Shown piece after piece: positions 10,786 through 23,680 of a stretch of DNA of 64,000 nt (position 1 is its first letter; every line of letters starts with the position of its first letter). Origin of the DNA: Marsupella aquatica (Eukaryota > Plantae > Marchantiophyta); contig OZ316894.1 of assembly GCA_973895155.1 (NCBI GenBank), positions 22,725,867 to 22,789,866 on the forward strand, written 5' to 3'. The notes under the pieces are model-generated. The model had not been told where the DNA came from. It saw only the letters and a program-made list of their open reading frames with translations, and did no database searches. Position numbers and translations under genes: made by a program.

Positions 10786-12984
10786 TTGATACTCAGGATG
10801 GAAGTGATTGAGTATCTGTCACTCAAATGCACCATCAGATCGGCTGCCAGTGACCGTCGTTTGAAACAAGGTGATGAGTAACGATGGTGACATCGAGCTG
10901 GTGAAAACCTACACTTGAGCTTGATGGAAGACTGGTCTGATAATAGAATGATGGCAGGGAGTGCTCGCATCTCCGGGAGCGACGCATTTCGAAAAATTCT
11001 ACCGCCAAGTCATGGATGGTGACCAGAAGGTACTACTCCCGAGTAGTTGCTCCGAAACCCTGACCGCTGGGATGAGAATACATAAAATAAATCTGCTGGA
11101 TAATGATACATGTTAGTGTCCATTGAAGTGAAATGTGGTATTAATACTGACTACCCATATTCCCAGGGATACCAAGTGCAGATATGAGCAATGGAGACGC
11201 CTTCTGATGAGAATATTTACCTCAATTGCTGTGGATTTAGCATCAGACAATCTTGACTCGGCTGCTCGATGAACATTGTCTGCTCCACACTCAGAAGATC
11301 CATATTTGGAACAAAAAGCCGTTCAGTCAGCTTGGATATTCTCGGACTACACCTCGTTCCACTTGTGCTCCGACAAGTCACTGAAATCTGTAGTCTAGAA
11401 TCCTCCATTCAATGCAGCTCGCAGGGGAATCGTCTCAGAATATCTGTGCATGCAAGTTTCCCCCAGTATTAGGAGAGAGAACTGTGGAATAAACTCAAGC
11501 TCTAGCATATGCTGTTTGCGCTCAGGGTCGCAAGACCGAACTAACTTCGATCACTGCTGTGAGAGGAGGCCCTACGTAGTGAATTTTCAGCCAGAATATT
11601 CTGGAATCCTCTCCAATACGCGCTTTCATTGTCGAAGGTATTGTGTACTTTCGTGACTATTTCAATGCTGGGGAGATTCTCGAACAGGCAAGCTCTGCAT
11701 CAGTTGCGAGGGTAAAGCGCTTTGGAACTTAGTAGAGTGTAAGTGTATGATTTCGCTACACCGTCCACTTCACGACTAGCTGATGAAACGAGCGCATCAT
11801 AAGCTCAAGTGACTGATAATTATGATACCGAGAAAATTTGGTGTCATCTGTAGTGAGCAATTTTAGGGTTACAAGTTTTTAATACCATACCCTACTTAGG
11901 GGAAGGCAGCTGATGTAAGATTGAATTCCCTCCCCCTATGGAAAGCCGAAGAGGACTAATTGATGGCTGTAAATTACTCAGGATTGTACATGCTATTTTT
12001 GGGATTAGATGTTGTTCACAAAGCCTTTGAAGGATTTTGGTTTCAGAGTATACTCCGGGTTGTGACGATGGACGATCACAAAATTACCCTTATTGAACTG
12101 AAATCTTACTATCGAAATTAAATTGCAAGCTTTTGTGAAGTCTCGTCTGTATCCAGTCTCTGGGTGAAACCATTTCACTTCAACCATAGTGCAGTTGGTG
12201 TATTGAGTGTCATTGTTGGACTCGAAGCCAAGAAAGCATGCATTGAACTACTGCTATGGTTTTGAAAAGATCCTAGAATGGTTGCCAGATCTACTCTGCA
12301 TTGAAACTAGGCAACAGCCAAGCCTTACCATTATATCAAGAATATGTAACAAATCATATGTATACTCCAGTTGAGCGGAATTTTCAAGGCCAAAAAGAAT
12401 ATATAACCAAAATATCCTCTGCCATTCCCCAAACCTACCCAGAGAGGAAAAAAAAGCACCTCTACATCAAGTCAATGGCAGGACGTGACATCGATACTAC
12501 AAGCTTTGTTAGCAAACAGATTTTTCAGTTCTGGAAGTATATCAGGGACAGGAGTTGCATTTTCTTTGGATTTACCGAACACTAGTCAGGGACAGTGGAT
12601 TCTCTTGACACTCACCAATCCGAGGGACCCTCACGGACGAGTGTAACAAAGTGAGTCCCGAGAGAGAACCTCAGATGTGAAGACAGTAGTAGTTAGTTTG
12701 TTTCAGCTTGGGTACTGCTCTTTTCCCGGGCTGTCCGACAGTTGCTTGCCGTTTCATTAAATAGAATCTGATGTTCCAATAATGCAAACAAAGAAACGAA
12801 CTTCAGCTCGTGTCTAACGTTCCCCTGCAGGCTCTACAGTAAGTGCCTCTGGAGGCAAGTCTTTCCACATTCTACAGGTTTCCATTGCTTGGATGCCTGT
12901 GCTAAATCTCACCGGTATACTGTACTTTGCAGGCAGCCATGGGCCAAGAACGAAGTTGGCAGTGAAGCAACTGTGTGAAGGGAC

Positions 12985-13014
12985 GAAGGAAGGAAGGAAG
13001 GAAGGAAGGAAGGA
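12985..13014 (+). repeat. (GAAG)7 microsatellite upstream of the Harbinger-derived gene
   Basis: Read directly from the sequence. Confidence 0.95.
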
Positions 13015-13128
13015 GAGGGGATTTGGTATTCAAGGGTGAACTCTCACTCGGAAATGGAATGGAACATTGTTTTTGCGCTTGAGTTTAAGTAAGCTGGTGC
13101 AGGCCTAAGGCAGAATAGCAGATTCGGC

Positions 13129-14544
13129 ATGGATTTGAGTCTAGTGCTCATGCTCTCCAGCCTGCTGCAGTTGCAGGAGAGCATGGAGAACCCAACTGGG
13201 TCAGCAAATGCATCATCGCCTGCACCGCTCCTTTTCTTCACTCTCATCACCGTGCTCGCTCATGCTGCTGCCCTGTACGCCGAGACTTCAGGAGAGTACT
13301 GGGCATCACAAGACACACGAGCGTTTCGCGCTCTGATCACCGAGCAGATGTGGATGCTGGACCCCGGCATACGGGACACGCAATGGCGAAGCGCATATGG
13401 TGTTTCGTTTCCTGTTTTCGCAACCATCGTCGATGAGGTCAAGCCCTTCATTCAGGAGGCCCAGGACTTCTATGGAGGAGCAGATACCATGCCCGCCGAC
13501 GCTGCAGTTGGCATGGTGCTCTACAGGCTTGCGAGTGGTCACAATCTGAGACGAGTTGCTTCCGAGTACAAGACCGGGTCGGCAACAATCACGAAGTATA
13601 CGGACTTGGTGACCAAAGCCCTGGCAACGAAGCTTTACTCCAAGTATATTCAAATTCCGACAGGACAAGCTCTCTTGGACATCATCAGTGCTTTCAGGGA
13701 GCATACCGGGCTCCAGAATATGTGTGGAGCAATTGATGGTAGCCACGTGAAGATCCACAAAAGGCCGGATAAAGAGTATTGTTCTGGCAACTATAAGGTA
13801 TGCATGCTCCCCTTTCAGAGCAATGGGATTCGGCTTCGTGTTCTTTGGCCACTGACCTTAAGAAAGGCCAGTCCACAGGGCGATCATCACTTTTTGAATG
13901 CTGAAGGTTTTCTTGGAACTCATATCCGGTGCATTGTCTGCTTCTTGTCTCAGTGCCGGCATCACTACTTTGCAGTTCTCGTGCAATTGGTTTGCGACCA
14001 TCGCAAGCTATTCTGGGACGTGTGTTGCAGGGCTCCTGGCGGCACTGATGATGCCAGTCATTTGAGAGGGAGCTCTCTTTTCCAGAAGCTCATAGCTGGG
14101 GAGGTCCTTCTTGATTCGGTGGTTAGCATTAGGGGGAACCACATTCGACCCTATATTGTGGGTGATTGGGGATATCCTCTGCTTTCTTTTTTGCTCACAC
14201 CTTTTACCGGGAATGGGTCCGGCACTTCAGCCCAGAATATTTTTGACGAGCGGTTGATGAAAGGACGAGCTGTGTGCGAGGAAGCTATAGGATTACTCAA
14301 GGGAAGATGGAAAATTCTTCAGAATTTGAACGTTGGCCTCAATTATGCGGCTCAGACTGTAGTGGCTTGCTGCGTGCTGCACAACATCTGTCTGATGAAC
14401 GACGAGCCAGATCCTGCGTTGGCTCCAGATCCGAGCGAGAATGGTCCCATTGCAAGAGCACTGGATACTGAAAGGTCCTTCAACTATTTTGGAGAAAGTA
14501 TGCGACAGGCAATCCTAGAGGATTTACAGGAGAGAGGTTCATAA
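13129..14544 (+). CDS. Domesticated PIF/Harbinger transposase-derived nuclease (DDE_Tnp_4, ALP1/HARBI1-like family; resembles the Arabidopsis At3g19120 type); exons 13129-13797 and 13954-14544, ~419 aa
   Basis: Motifs: HTH region (AVGMVLYRLASG...VASEY), GAIDGSH, LVCDHRKLFWDV..RAPGG.DD, YIVGDWGYP, RAVCEEAIGLLKGRW, ACCVLHN. The N-terminal MLSSLLQLQ...APLLFFTL...AFRAL matches a conserved land-plant domesticated clade as I recall it. Intron AAG|GTATGC...TCTCAG|TGC. No TIRs or Myb/SANT partner ORF seen. Confidence 0.9.
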   Translation: MDLSLVLMLSSLLQLQESMENPTGSANASSPAPLLFFTLITVLAHAAALYAETSGEYWASQDTRAFRALITEQMWMLDPGIRDTQWRSAYGVSFPVFATIVDEVKPFIQEAQDFYGGADTMPADAAVGMVLYRLASGHNLRRVASEYKTGSATITKYTDLVTKALATKLYSKYIQIPTGQALLDIISAFREHTGLQNMCGAIDGSHVKIHKRPDKEYCSGNYKVCMLPFQSNGIRLRVLWPLTLRKASPQGDHHFLNAEGFLGTHIRCIVCFLSQCRHHYFAVLVQLVCDHRKLFWDVCCRAPGGTDDASHLRGSSLFQKLIAGEVLLDSVVSIRGNHIRPYIVGDWGYPLLSFLLTPFTGNGSGTSAQNIFDERLMKGRAVCEEAIGLLKGRWKILQNLNVGLNYAAQTVVACCVLHNICLMNDEPDPALAPDPSENGPIARALDTERSFNYFGESMRQAILEDLQERGS

Positions 14545-16394
14545 TCCCAGTTTTCGTGTCCTACATTATTTGACTACGAGTCTCAGTGTGTGCGCGAGCC
14601 CCCTTGTAAGTCCTCTAAACTCACAAAGCAGTTTCTTGTCTAAGAGTGACATTGGATTTTCTCGCATTTAGGATTAATCTTGCTGCCGTCTATTTCGTCA
14701 TCTCGAAGCGCTGACACATCAGGTCATCAGTTCTTGAAAACCCCTAATTCGGTAGCTGGCCAAGCCTGTGCTATGTACTTGAAATTCTCCGAATGTTCTC
14801 ACATCTATTTGGAGTGATTTAATCCCTGCTGGATTCTTGACAAGGACAAGTGTAGCGACTATATTGCCAAGATGTGCAACTTGTCTTTAACATTTTATTT
14901 TCATCAGCTTCCGCACTGTCTTTACCTTTCATGTCCTTACTACCTTACTCGATGCCTTCGAAAGCTAACACCGATTCAGACTGTTTCTCTTCATTATGTA
15001 AATGAGACAGGAAATTGTATGCACCAATTGAATGGACGGCCCTCTGTGCCACACAACAAGCAGCAATAGGACTCGCCACAATTGCTTTTCCAGACCGGTT
15101 TTAATCTGTCGTCCTATGCAGCTGCTCTGAGTTTCTTGGGGTCTTTGAATCAGCATTGAACTGGTAATGTCACAAGCCACCCTCGCCTGAATCCCCCCTT
15201 GCAAGATGTATCGTTCTTGGATGGAGCATAATGTCCATTGCCAGTTGTCTATCTGCTGACCCTGAGTTTTTGCTTCTGCACAGTCACTCTAATCTAGCTA
15301 TGCTTTCTATGTGAATTTCCTGAATCTCTTTTCTCACAAGAAATTGCTGATCCTCGTACTTCAATGCTGGTGCTGTGCTCTTGCAATCCTTTTGACAGAA
15401 TTGTATGGTTTCATTTCATTCTTCAGTCTAGGTGGCGCTTTGTGAGATGGGAACAATGGAATCGCCATTGTATGCAGAAACTTCTAAATACGAGAGGAGA
15501 ATCTTAGACTGGAGGCCTAGTTTGGACTTCACAAATTATAGTGGGGTGATGCTGTCAGAAGAGTAATAAGTCTCTTCCTTGCCAGTGTCATGTTGGAAAC
15601 TTTTGCAGGTATTGTGTAGAGTTTCATGGCGTGCTCCAAATTTAAAACTGCAGCTTGCCAACTCCATCTGGAATCAGACACTCTTGTCTTACTCTTTTGG
15701 GCCTTTATTTGGATGTGGTCACATCAGGTTCTGAGGCTAGCTACATTAATCGAATCTTTTGCTGGAATCTAAACGCCTGACAAAATCCACCAGACAAAAG
15801 TTGAAGAAAGTTACTATTTTCTGTCTGTAACCCTGAGGATGAATGATGTGATCCTTTTCATGCAGTTGCGATGGAGGACAGCCAATTCCCACAGCCATAC
15901 GTAAACCTCCTTTTTGATACTTCATCTAGAATGCCGTCAATGCTACCATCGAAACTGCTAATATTCGTTTCATCTAGAAGTTTGTCCTTGTTCGAATGAA
16001 ATCCTTCCAGCCTTCATAATTTCCTGTGCTGTAGCATCTGTGCCAAATGGTGTCGTTGATGCCCTCACCGACTCATGTAAAACCAAACTTGAGACTGACG
16101 ATTGTCAACGGAATAACGAGATGGTCGAATTCTTCGATGAAATTCTGGTTCACGCCATTCTTTCCCGAATGGTATTCCAGAGTATAGTTGGATTGTAACT
16201 TCGTTGGGATTGTGGATCTGGGTTGGGATTGTAGGGATTTATACCACAAGTACCTGGATACCCGTAGTTATACACTGCAGCTCGCATTATATATTGGACT
16301 TTTAGTTTCACTAGGAGCTGACTTGTCCACTTTTTACACTGTCCACCAGTAGCCCTTTCAGATGGGCATTTGTGCTGGGAAATTGGTGCAGTTC

Positions 16395-17012
16395 GTTTGA
16401 TCCACCACTAGCCATGACAAAAATCAGATGCACCATAAATAGTATCCTTTCTTGAATTTGTGGAGCACTATGAAAGGGGAGATGGTGTAGTTAGTTTGAT
16501 CCACCACTAGCCATGACAAAAATCAGATTTCACCATAAATAGTATCCTTTCTTGAATTTGTGGAGCAATATGATGAACGGGGAGATAAAATGAAAATAAA
16601 GTGAAAAAGATAGAAGTCTTGGACACTTCACTCTTTTATATGGCTGGTGGTGTTTTATATGGCTAGTGGTGATTTAAGCCTGGTTCTCATCACTAGCCAT
16701 GACAAAAATCAGATTTCACCATAAATAATATATTTTCTTGAATTTGTGGAGCAATATGGAAGGGGAGATAAGAATGAAAATAAAGGGAAAAAGATAGAAG
16801 TCTTGGACACTTCACTCTTTTATATGGTTAGTGATGGTTTAAGCCTGGTTCTCACCACTAGCCATGACAAAAATCAGATTTCACCATAAATAGTATCTTT
16901 TTTTGAATTTGTGAAACAATATGGAAGGGGAGATAAGAATGAAAATAAAGTGAAAAAGATAGAAGTCTTGGACACTTCCCCTTTTATATGGTTAGTGGTG
17001 GTTTAAGCCTAG
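16395..17012. repeat. Tandem repeat, 4 copies of a 100-190 bp unit
   Basis: CACTAGCCATGACAAAAATCAGAT..CACCATAAATA recurs near 16406, 16505, 16691 and 16856. A short related piece lies near 22231-22270. Confidence 0.9.
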
Positions 17013-18362
17013 TTCCCAAAGAAGCTACTCTTGTCCCCTGGCATTAAAATAGATGCCAGAGATTGAAGGGAAAGTGTATTTGAGTCTAGGAGTCCCTAAG
17101 AGTGCATTTATGGCACTGTCAGGCGTGCCTTTTTTGGGCTTTGAAGAGTGCTTTTATTCCCATTGATTGGGTTCCATGTAACACCACCACCGCCAACCGA
17201 CCCCCCCCCCCCCCCCCCAATGTGAGGGGAAGAAATAGATAGGTGCAGATTAATTAAAAGGTCAAAATTCAATCAGCCTTATAATCTCTGAGAATCTTGG
17301 GCAAAATCTGAATTCCCATCTCAACCTTTTGTGATTTCAGGGTAATCCTCAATTTTTTTTGCTTCAAAAAGTGCTTATAGTACTCTCGTTGAACAGATAA
17401 AACGCTGTCCTTTTAATTACTATTACTATATAACTCTCTCTAAGTGTGCACTCTCAAATTTGCACTTATTGATAAGTGGTTCCTCCGTCAGTGAGCAATC
17501 TGTGCTTTGGGACATAAATTTTACATCCCTGCCCTAGATTAGGTGTCCAACTCCAAAAGTACATTTTTACTCTACTAAGAAAGGGTGTGTACTTATCAGT
17601 AAGTAAATGTAATCTGATGGTCTGTGCGCTCACTGATAAGTGCACACACTTTCTTAGTAGTTTCCAAAATGCACTCGTCAAGGATTTTCCTCTTATAAAG
17701 TTGTCATTTAGCAAAATGATTCCAGGCCCGTTTGCTCATGCCTAGAAAGTACAAAGTCAATTCAGAATGAAAGGGGCGAACAGGATGCCTTGCTCTCTAA
17801 CAGTTTTTGAGCTTATGGAGTGTGCGCTTAGAGAGAGCCTATTTTCTCATCTGCGGGCTGGGGGTGGGGGTGGGGGCGGGGTGTGAGGGTCGCATGGAGA
17901 CCGTTCAACTTGTTCGGCACTCCTCCCTCAGTTCTCTGCCGTGTGCTCAAAACCATAAAAGCGGAAGAAAAGGGAAAAGCGGATATTCCTTTGCTTTGTG
18001 ACTGGCTTCGAGCTTTTCTCGACATATTTTTTCGAGCTCTGTCTCTCTCTCGATAGGCCTCCGTCGCCTCACTCATCATCAGTCCGTCCCTCGTCTTGGC
18101 TTCACGATTGATTGGCGCGATTGATTTGAGCGAAACCGCAATCGCTCTGGCTCAATTTCCCCCCCGCCGACTCATCGAGGCCACCACCATGTGCATCCCT
18201 GGGCCCGGAATTGGTCGGTTTTCTCAGGACTGCGTGGTTCCTGCTGCGTTTCTTTCTCCGTAGGAAGGAGAAGCGATTCGGAGGGACAGGTGAAGGATTT
18301 TTCCATCGCAGCGCACACGAAGGGCGGGGACGATTTTCGGCCGCTGGGCTGAGCTTTATCGG

Positions 18363-18696
18363 GCATGCCACTGGGCCTATCTCCATAGCATCATGTAAAC
18401 GCTGGAGTTGAATTTCGAACAAGGGTTTTGACGGTACCCCTGGCAGGGGCGAAAAGGATTGACGGAGTGATTGCATGCCACTGCGCCTATCGCCATAGCA
18501 TCATGTAAACGCTGGAGTTCCAATTTCGAACAAGGGGTTGACGGTACCCCTGGCAGGGGCGAACAGGATTGACGGAGTGATTGCATGCCACTGGGCCTAT
18601 CTCCATAGCATCATGTAAACGCTGGAGTTGCAATTTCGAACAAGGGTTTTGACGGTACACTGGCAGGGGCGAAAAGGATTGACGGAGTGATTGCAG
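18363..18696 (+). repeat. 110-bp tandem triplication in the probable 5'-UTR intron of the ankyrin gene
   Basis: GCATGCCACTG... starts at 18363, 18473 and 18583. The third copy ends in TTGCAG, 12 nt before the ATG at 18709. Confidence 0.93.
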
Positions 18697-18708
18697 GGAG
18701 TGGGCATA

Positions 18709-20909
18709 ATGAGCATGGTGGGCGTCGTCCGGCAGAACAGTTGGCCTCGTTCGTTAACCCGACGGGATTCCTTTAATGGTGATGTTGGTGTAGGGGTTAT
18801 CCGGGATGATCGTGGCTGGACTCCCCTCCATGTCGCAGCCCGCATGGGTGATTTGGAAGAGGTATCTATAATTAACTTCTCTCAGTAGAATTATATGGTA
18901 CCTCTATAACATGTCGTGGTCTGGTTGTCATAAAGAGATGGAAGTTTAGGTTACGTGAAGCGGATTGTGAAGAGGAATGTTTTTGGATCAGCAAGCGGTG
19001 TCAATGAACTTTAGGTTTTGCTTTTGAACCTCAGGCTCCTTGCACTCAGCAAGCGAACGACATCCGGTGGTAGTGTAAAATTCACGTCTAGCTAAATTAT
19101 TGACTTGTTCGAACTGGTGCGTGCGTTGAAAGGCATTCAGCCATCCATTAGTTTCATAAGTTCAACACTTCTACTAGTTTCTGTTATGTTTTTTTCTCAT
19201 AATAGTTTGAGCTAGCCTCACTGTCTGCTCCATTCTGTTTGCTCCACTGATTCGAATTTCAACGAGGTTTCGCTAGTTGGTTAGAGGATGCTAAAGGTAT
19301 CTATGGGTCGATCATTGCAGGTGGAGCGTCTGTTGAACGAAGGTGCGGATGTTAATGCCCCTTCATGGGGCCCGAAGGCTCCAGGAACTACCCCCTTGCA
19401 TCTGGCATCTACTGGTGGACATTTACAAGTCATGGATGAGTTACTCGAGCGAGGTGCCAACATTGAAGCTCGTACTAAGGGTGGCTGTGGATGTAAGATT
19501 TTGGATTTCCCTTAACCCCATTGCTTTCCTCGTCAGTTTACTTTATCTAGATTCTCTCCGGGGTTCTGGAACTCGTGTGATAGACATGTTTCGCTGACTT
19601 CTTCTGTGTTGCATTTAGTCCCCTTCTTTCCGAAAGTGTCTATCACCACCTCCCGGAAGCTGCAATCCCTAGCGGCTTCCGGAACATCTGCCAGAATCTT
19701 TTCTTGCTAGCCTATTTTAAGCTATTGCCTGCCCGTGCCCTGGGTTTTTCTGTCGACACGGAGTCCTTCACTGTTTTCACTAGCTCGGTGTTCTTGTACT
19801 TCTCTGTTCGATTTTTTGTGGCGTCTTCTGAGTTCGTGTTGATATGTCTATCGGTGTCATTTGGTTATGCTGTTGCCCCATTTGTACTTCAACGAGGGGT
19901 CTGTTTTAGGGGCCACTTAAGTCGGAAGTTGATGGCATTGACTACTTTGTGGTCTAATGTCTCTTGGTTCTTGAACCCTGATGGCTCTGATCTTCAACTT
20001 GGCATAGTAAGATGGTTGTTTTCAGAATGAAATTATATACTGCTTTCCAGAAAAAGAAGACAGTTAGGCCAATTATCGTCTGCTGCTATTTGGGTGTTGA
20101 CTTATTCATCTGGACACTCAATTGCAGCCCGCAACTGAATTGGGGACATCTCAGTGATAATCTGTTCATGCCATCTTCGTCAAACTCTAGGTGTTGCATC
20201 GATCACTCTGATTATGTGAGGACTGCAAGTGCTCCTTTGGCCTAGAGACTTCACCAGCTTTGCCAGTTTGCAAAAATGGTATAGCATTAAGGAACTTCCT
20301 GCTGAGGCAATCAGGAAAAAAGAGGAAGTCTATCTCCTCACTGAGTGACCTGCTAACTGTCGGTAGTCACCCTGCTTTATTTTTCTCTGTCGTTAATTCT
20401 CTCATGCCTTCGCTTGATGTTTCCTCTGTCTCTCCTTGAAAGAGATGTTACTGCCTTTTTCCCTTACTACGACGGGTCATGGGTTGCAGTCCATGGTATA
20501 TTTTGCTTCGCGACCTGTCGTCACGCTACTGTGTTCTCTGAGTGAGGGCCTCTCAAAACGTGTGCAGAACCTTTTTGGTTATTCATGGCAATTTGTGGGA
20601 CTAATTTTGAGCTGTCTGACATAACGGGGGCCCTATAGAAGAGTGAACTGTGAGGTGTGGGTTTCCTCTCTGGAGGTGATTCTTGACACTTTGATTTTTT
20701 GTGCAGGGACCCCACTTCACAATGCTGCAAAAGAGAAGAACAAAAGAGCCGTTCGTTTTCTTCTCGAAAACGGTGCGTTTCTATCGCCAGACATGACGGA
20801 CACTCGGTTCAACCCTCCCCTGCATTATTGTCCAGGGCTTGAATGGGCGTACAAACGCAGGGGAAAAACCCTGGATAAGCTCACTGAAGTAAGCTCTTGC
20901 CCAGAATGA
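18709..20909 (+). CDS. PIA2: Ankyrin-repeat protein, phytochrome-interacting ankyrin protein PIA1/PIA2 (ANK6) homolog, ~175 aa; exons 18709-18861, 19321-19492, 20707-20909
   Basis: The spliced product reads RRDSF...[48 protein letters not shown]...GGCGWTPLHNAAKE...FLLENGAFL...DTRFNPPLHYCPGLEWAY. The GT-AG introns keep phase (528 nt total). Confidence 0.88.
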
Positions 20910-22850
20910 GCAGATGTTTCCAGAGGCAGAGGCAGTACTAGACAGTAGAATGGTTCTCCAGTGCTGGACATGCCGAACAAAAAGAAATTATCAAGTAAGC
21001 CGTCGTTGCTAGTTTACATTCATCCCTTTACCTAAACATCTCACTCTGGAAGCGAGACTATAAAAAATGAAGATGATTTATTACCTATTTGGTTGAGTTC
21101 AAAACATATGATTTTGCAAAAGATATCATGTATGGTCCTTCTGGTATGCAAATGATGTGCATGGATCCAGAATTTCGAATGTTCATCTGAACAGCTGGAC
21201 CGTTGCAAAACTTGAGCAGTAGAATGATCGTTTCAATTTCAGTTGCAGGCACGACACCCAAAAAGTGGGACATAATGCATACGTCAGTAGATGACTATGA
21301 ATTAAAAAGACGGAGTGATGTAGAAATTTCCTTGGAACGAAAGGCTTTTCTGTACAATCACTTGAATATGATAAAGAAACTGTGTTATAACTGAAATGCA
21401 TGTACGAAGTTTTCTCTAAGCTATGAATTAGTGAAGTTGTTGTGAAAGACACCCGAGTCCTATCAACATTATCAGAGAGGTGATGATCATACAGACCCTC
21501 CTGCCAGGATAATTCTACCGCATGAACCAGCCAAATTGCGAACTTTCAGAAGTTAAAAAGAGTTTTCTGGAAGAGGCTAGCTCAAGCAAACAAACTATAG
21601 TTGAATTCCTTTCTATATGGCAACGTCACGGAGGACAACTGTACAATAACATCACAGAGCATAAGAAACTGCGACTGACTCAACATAACTGTATCTTTTA
21701 CATCACTTTTGCCTTTTCCTTTTGGAGGTAGGTAGCCATGTCTTTTCAACCTTCATTATTGCTACAACTCGATCACGTTACATCATGTAACCACAAACTT
21801 AGTCTATTGCCTATCCCCAACGAAAGACTCGATGGGGTCCTGAAAGTGAGAAAGCCTCCCAGCGAGAGCTCGTCTTTAGAAAGGGGCTTCCTGGCCCCCT
21901 AGGATTTGCCACCCCTCTTTATCCTTCCCTCCCTGTCTGCACAGTCACAGGTCACTTGTGGTCGGGCCCTGGGGGATCACGGTTTCCGAGGCAGCAATGC
22001 CCCATCCTACTGAATTAAATGAAGGGGAAGAGAGAAGGGGAAGAAATATCAAGAGCCTAAACTCTGCCTCCTCTTGCTTTTGCGAGGCAAACCTCCAGCC
22101 CAAAGCCCTCGTGCAATGTGAGATTGCAGGGTTTAAGAAATTGCTTGATGTTTCTCTTGAAGTTTCTGCCCCTCCTCTCTTCTCCTTTATAGGAGTGTGG
22201 AGAAAAGTCTCACCCTAGAACTGAGAAATGTGAAAAAGTGAGAAGTATTGGACACTTCTCATTTTGTATGTCGGTTTAACTGAATATTTCACTTGGTGCC
22301 TCCCATTCTTGTTGTGTTCTGCACTTGCTGCCTCCCTTACACCCTGCGGGACCAACCAAGATGTACAGACAGAGAGACAAGGAAGGATAAGAGAAGGGTG
22401 ACAGGTCTTGGGGGCCTGAGGAACTCTGTTTCTAGAGAAGGGGCCTCATCAGGAGAATTTTTCACTCCCAGGGGCCTATCCAAGTCTTTGGCACATAGGA
22501 ATGCCCTTATAATAGGTCATTGTGGGCCATAACACCCCCCAAAATGAGGGATTTAGGTCAAGTTTGGTGGGGCTATTATTGCCCACAATGCCTTTGCAAC
22601 ATGGCATTAATACACTTAAAGGCCTAAGAGGTTTTTTATATTCACTATCTTTAGTAAAGGTAGAGGAGAAGTTTCATAATTTCCCTTGTCCAAATTTGAA
22701 CTGTGCATTCTTCTCCATAAAGCTCCAAAAACTACAAAGAGAAGAATCATGAACGGCATTTGTTGGCCTATCCTCTTGCCCAACGGGTTGATTCCACTTG
22801 GAAGCCCACAAGTAAAACACCACACATAAGAAAAACATAAGTGAGTCCAA

Positions 22851-23035
22851 GAACATACAATGGTTTTATGACTGGGACAAAAACCTTATGGGCTACGTGT
22901 ACACATGATCCGTAAGGATCAAATATCCAAATTAATCACAACCATAGAGCTTGATTATGGCAGTGCTTTGACATGCCCTTGTGAATTGATACACAAAACT
23001 ACGCACCTGAGACAAGCTCAGAAGAAAATAAGTAT
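22851..23035 (+). repeat. Copy of a dispersed repeat also present at ~26842-27020 and ~27207-27390
   Basis: Shared string: ATGGTTTTATG...AAACCTTA...TCCAAATTAATCAC...TGATTA...GCTTT.ACA...TGATACACAA...AGA.AAGCT. Confidence 0.8.
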
Positions 23036-23680
23036 GCCATTTGTGCTTTTGTTAGTCCACTGCTTAATGGACTCATGACCATGCTGCACAATTCAGGGTT
23101 TAGTCTCTATTGAGCTAATTGAATATAAAGATTACCCTTGACTGGGATGTGGCAATAGCCATTGAGTCAATGATTGTTAATGCTACTCATTTTGGCAGCT
23201 TGTTCTTATTTCAGCTCATTTTTTCTGTTGTTGATCTTGGTATAGGAGAAGGAGCATGTTCTGTTGGGGAGGGGGAATTGGGGGTAGGGGAGGTTCTACC
23301 ACCGTGGCAGGCGGCAGGGGTGGATTTCTCACCACTGTTGCTAACCTGATAGGTGAGGGAGTGGGAGGTAGTGGACCAGGGGCTTTCTCTGCTACGGTAT
23401 TGGCAGGAGGGCTTGGTCTCGTGAGCCGTCACAGGGAACAGTTGCCATAGCTGCTGAAGCTGCCCTCCCCATGGCCTCCCGTCTTCTTTTGTAACACTCT
23501 AGGACGATCATGATGTGGCTTCTAGTTAGTTGGACTCACTTTGGAGTAAGACAGACTCGGATCCATAACAACTCCTATGTATGCAGGACTCCCCCAGCTT
23601 AGACCGCTACCCGGCTCAGTCCTTTAGGCTTGAGCAACCAGATACCTTTCTCGATCAGGAAGTTTTTTACCCTTTGCTTA

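Noticed and set aside
13129-14544. Active autonomous Harbinger transposon
   Set aside because: No TIRs, TAA/TTA TSD or Myb/SANT ORF2 seen, and the N-terminus matches a conserved host clade.
16395-18696. CRISPR-like arrays
   Set aside because: The context is eukaryotic, the units are full-length tandem copies without unique spacers, and there are no cas genes.
23119-23520. Proline/serine-rich minus-strand ORF fragments as a gene
   Set aside because: Short, frame-broken and without a domain signature or clear splice structure. At most an old TE remnant.
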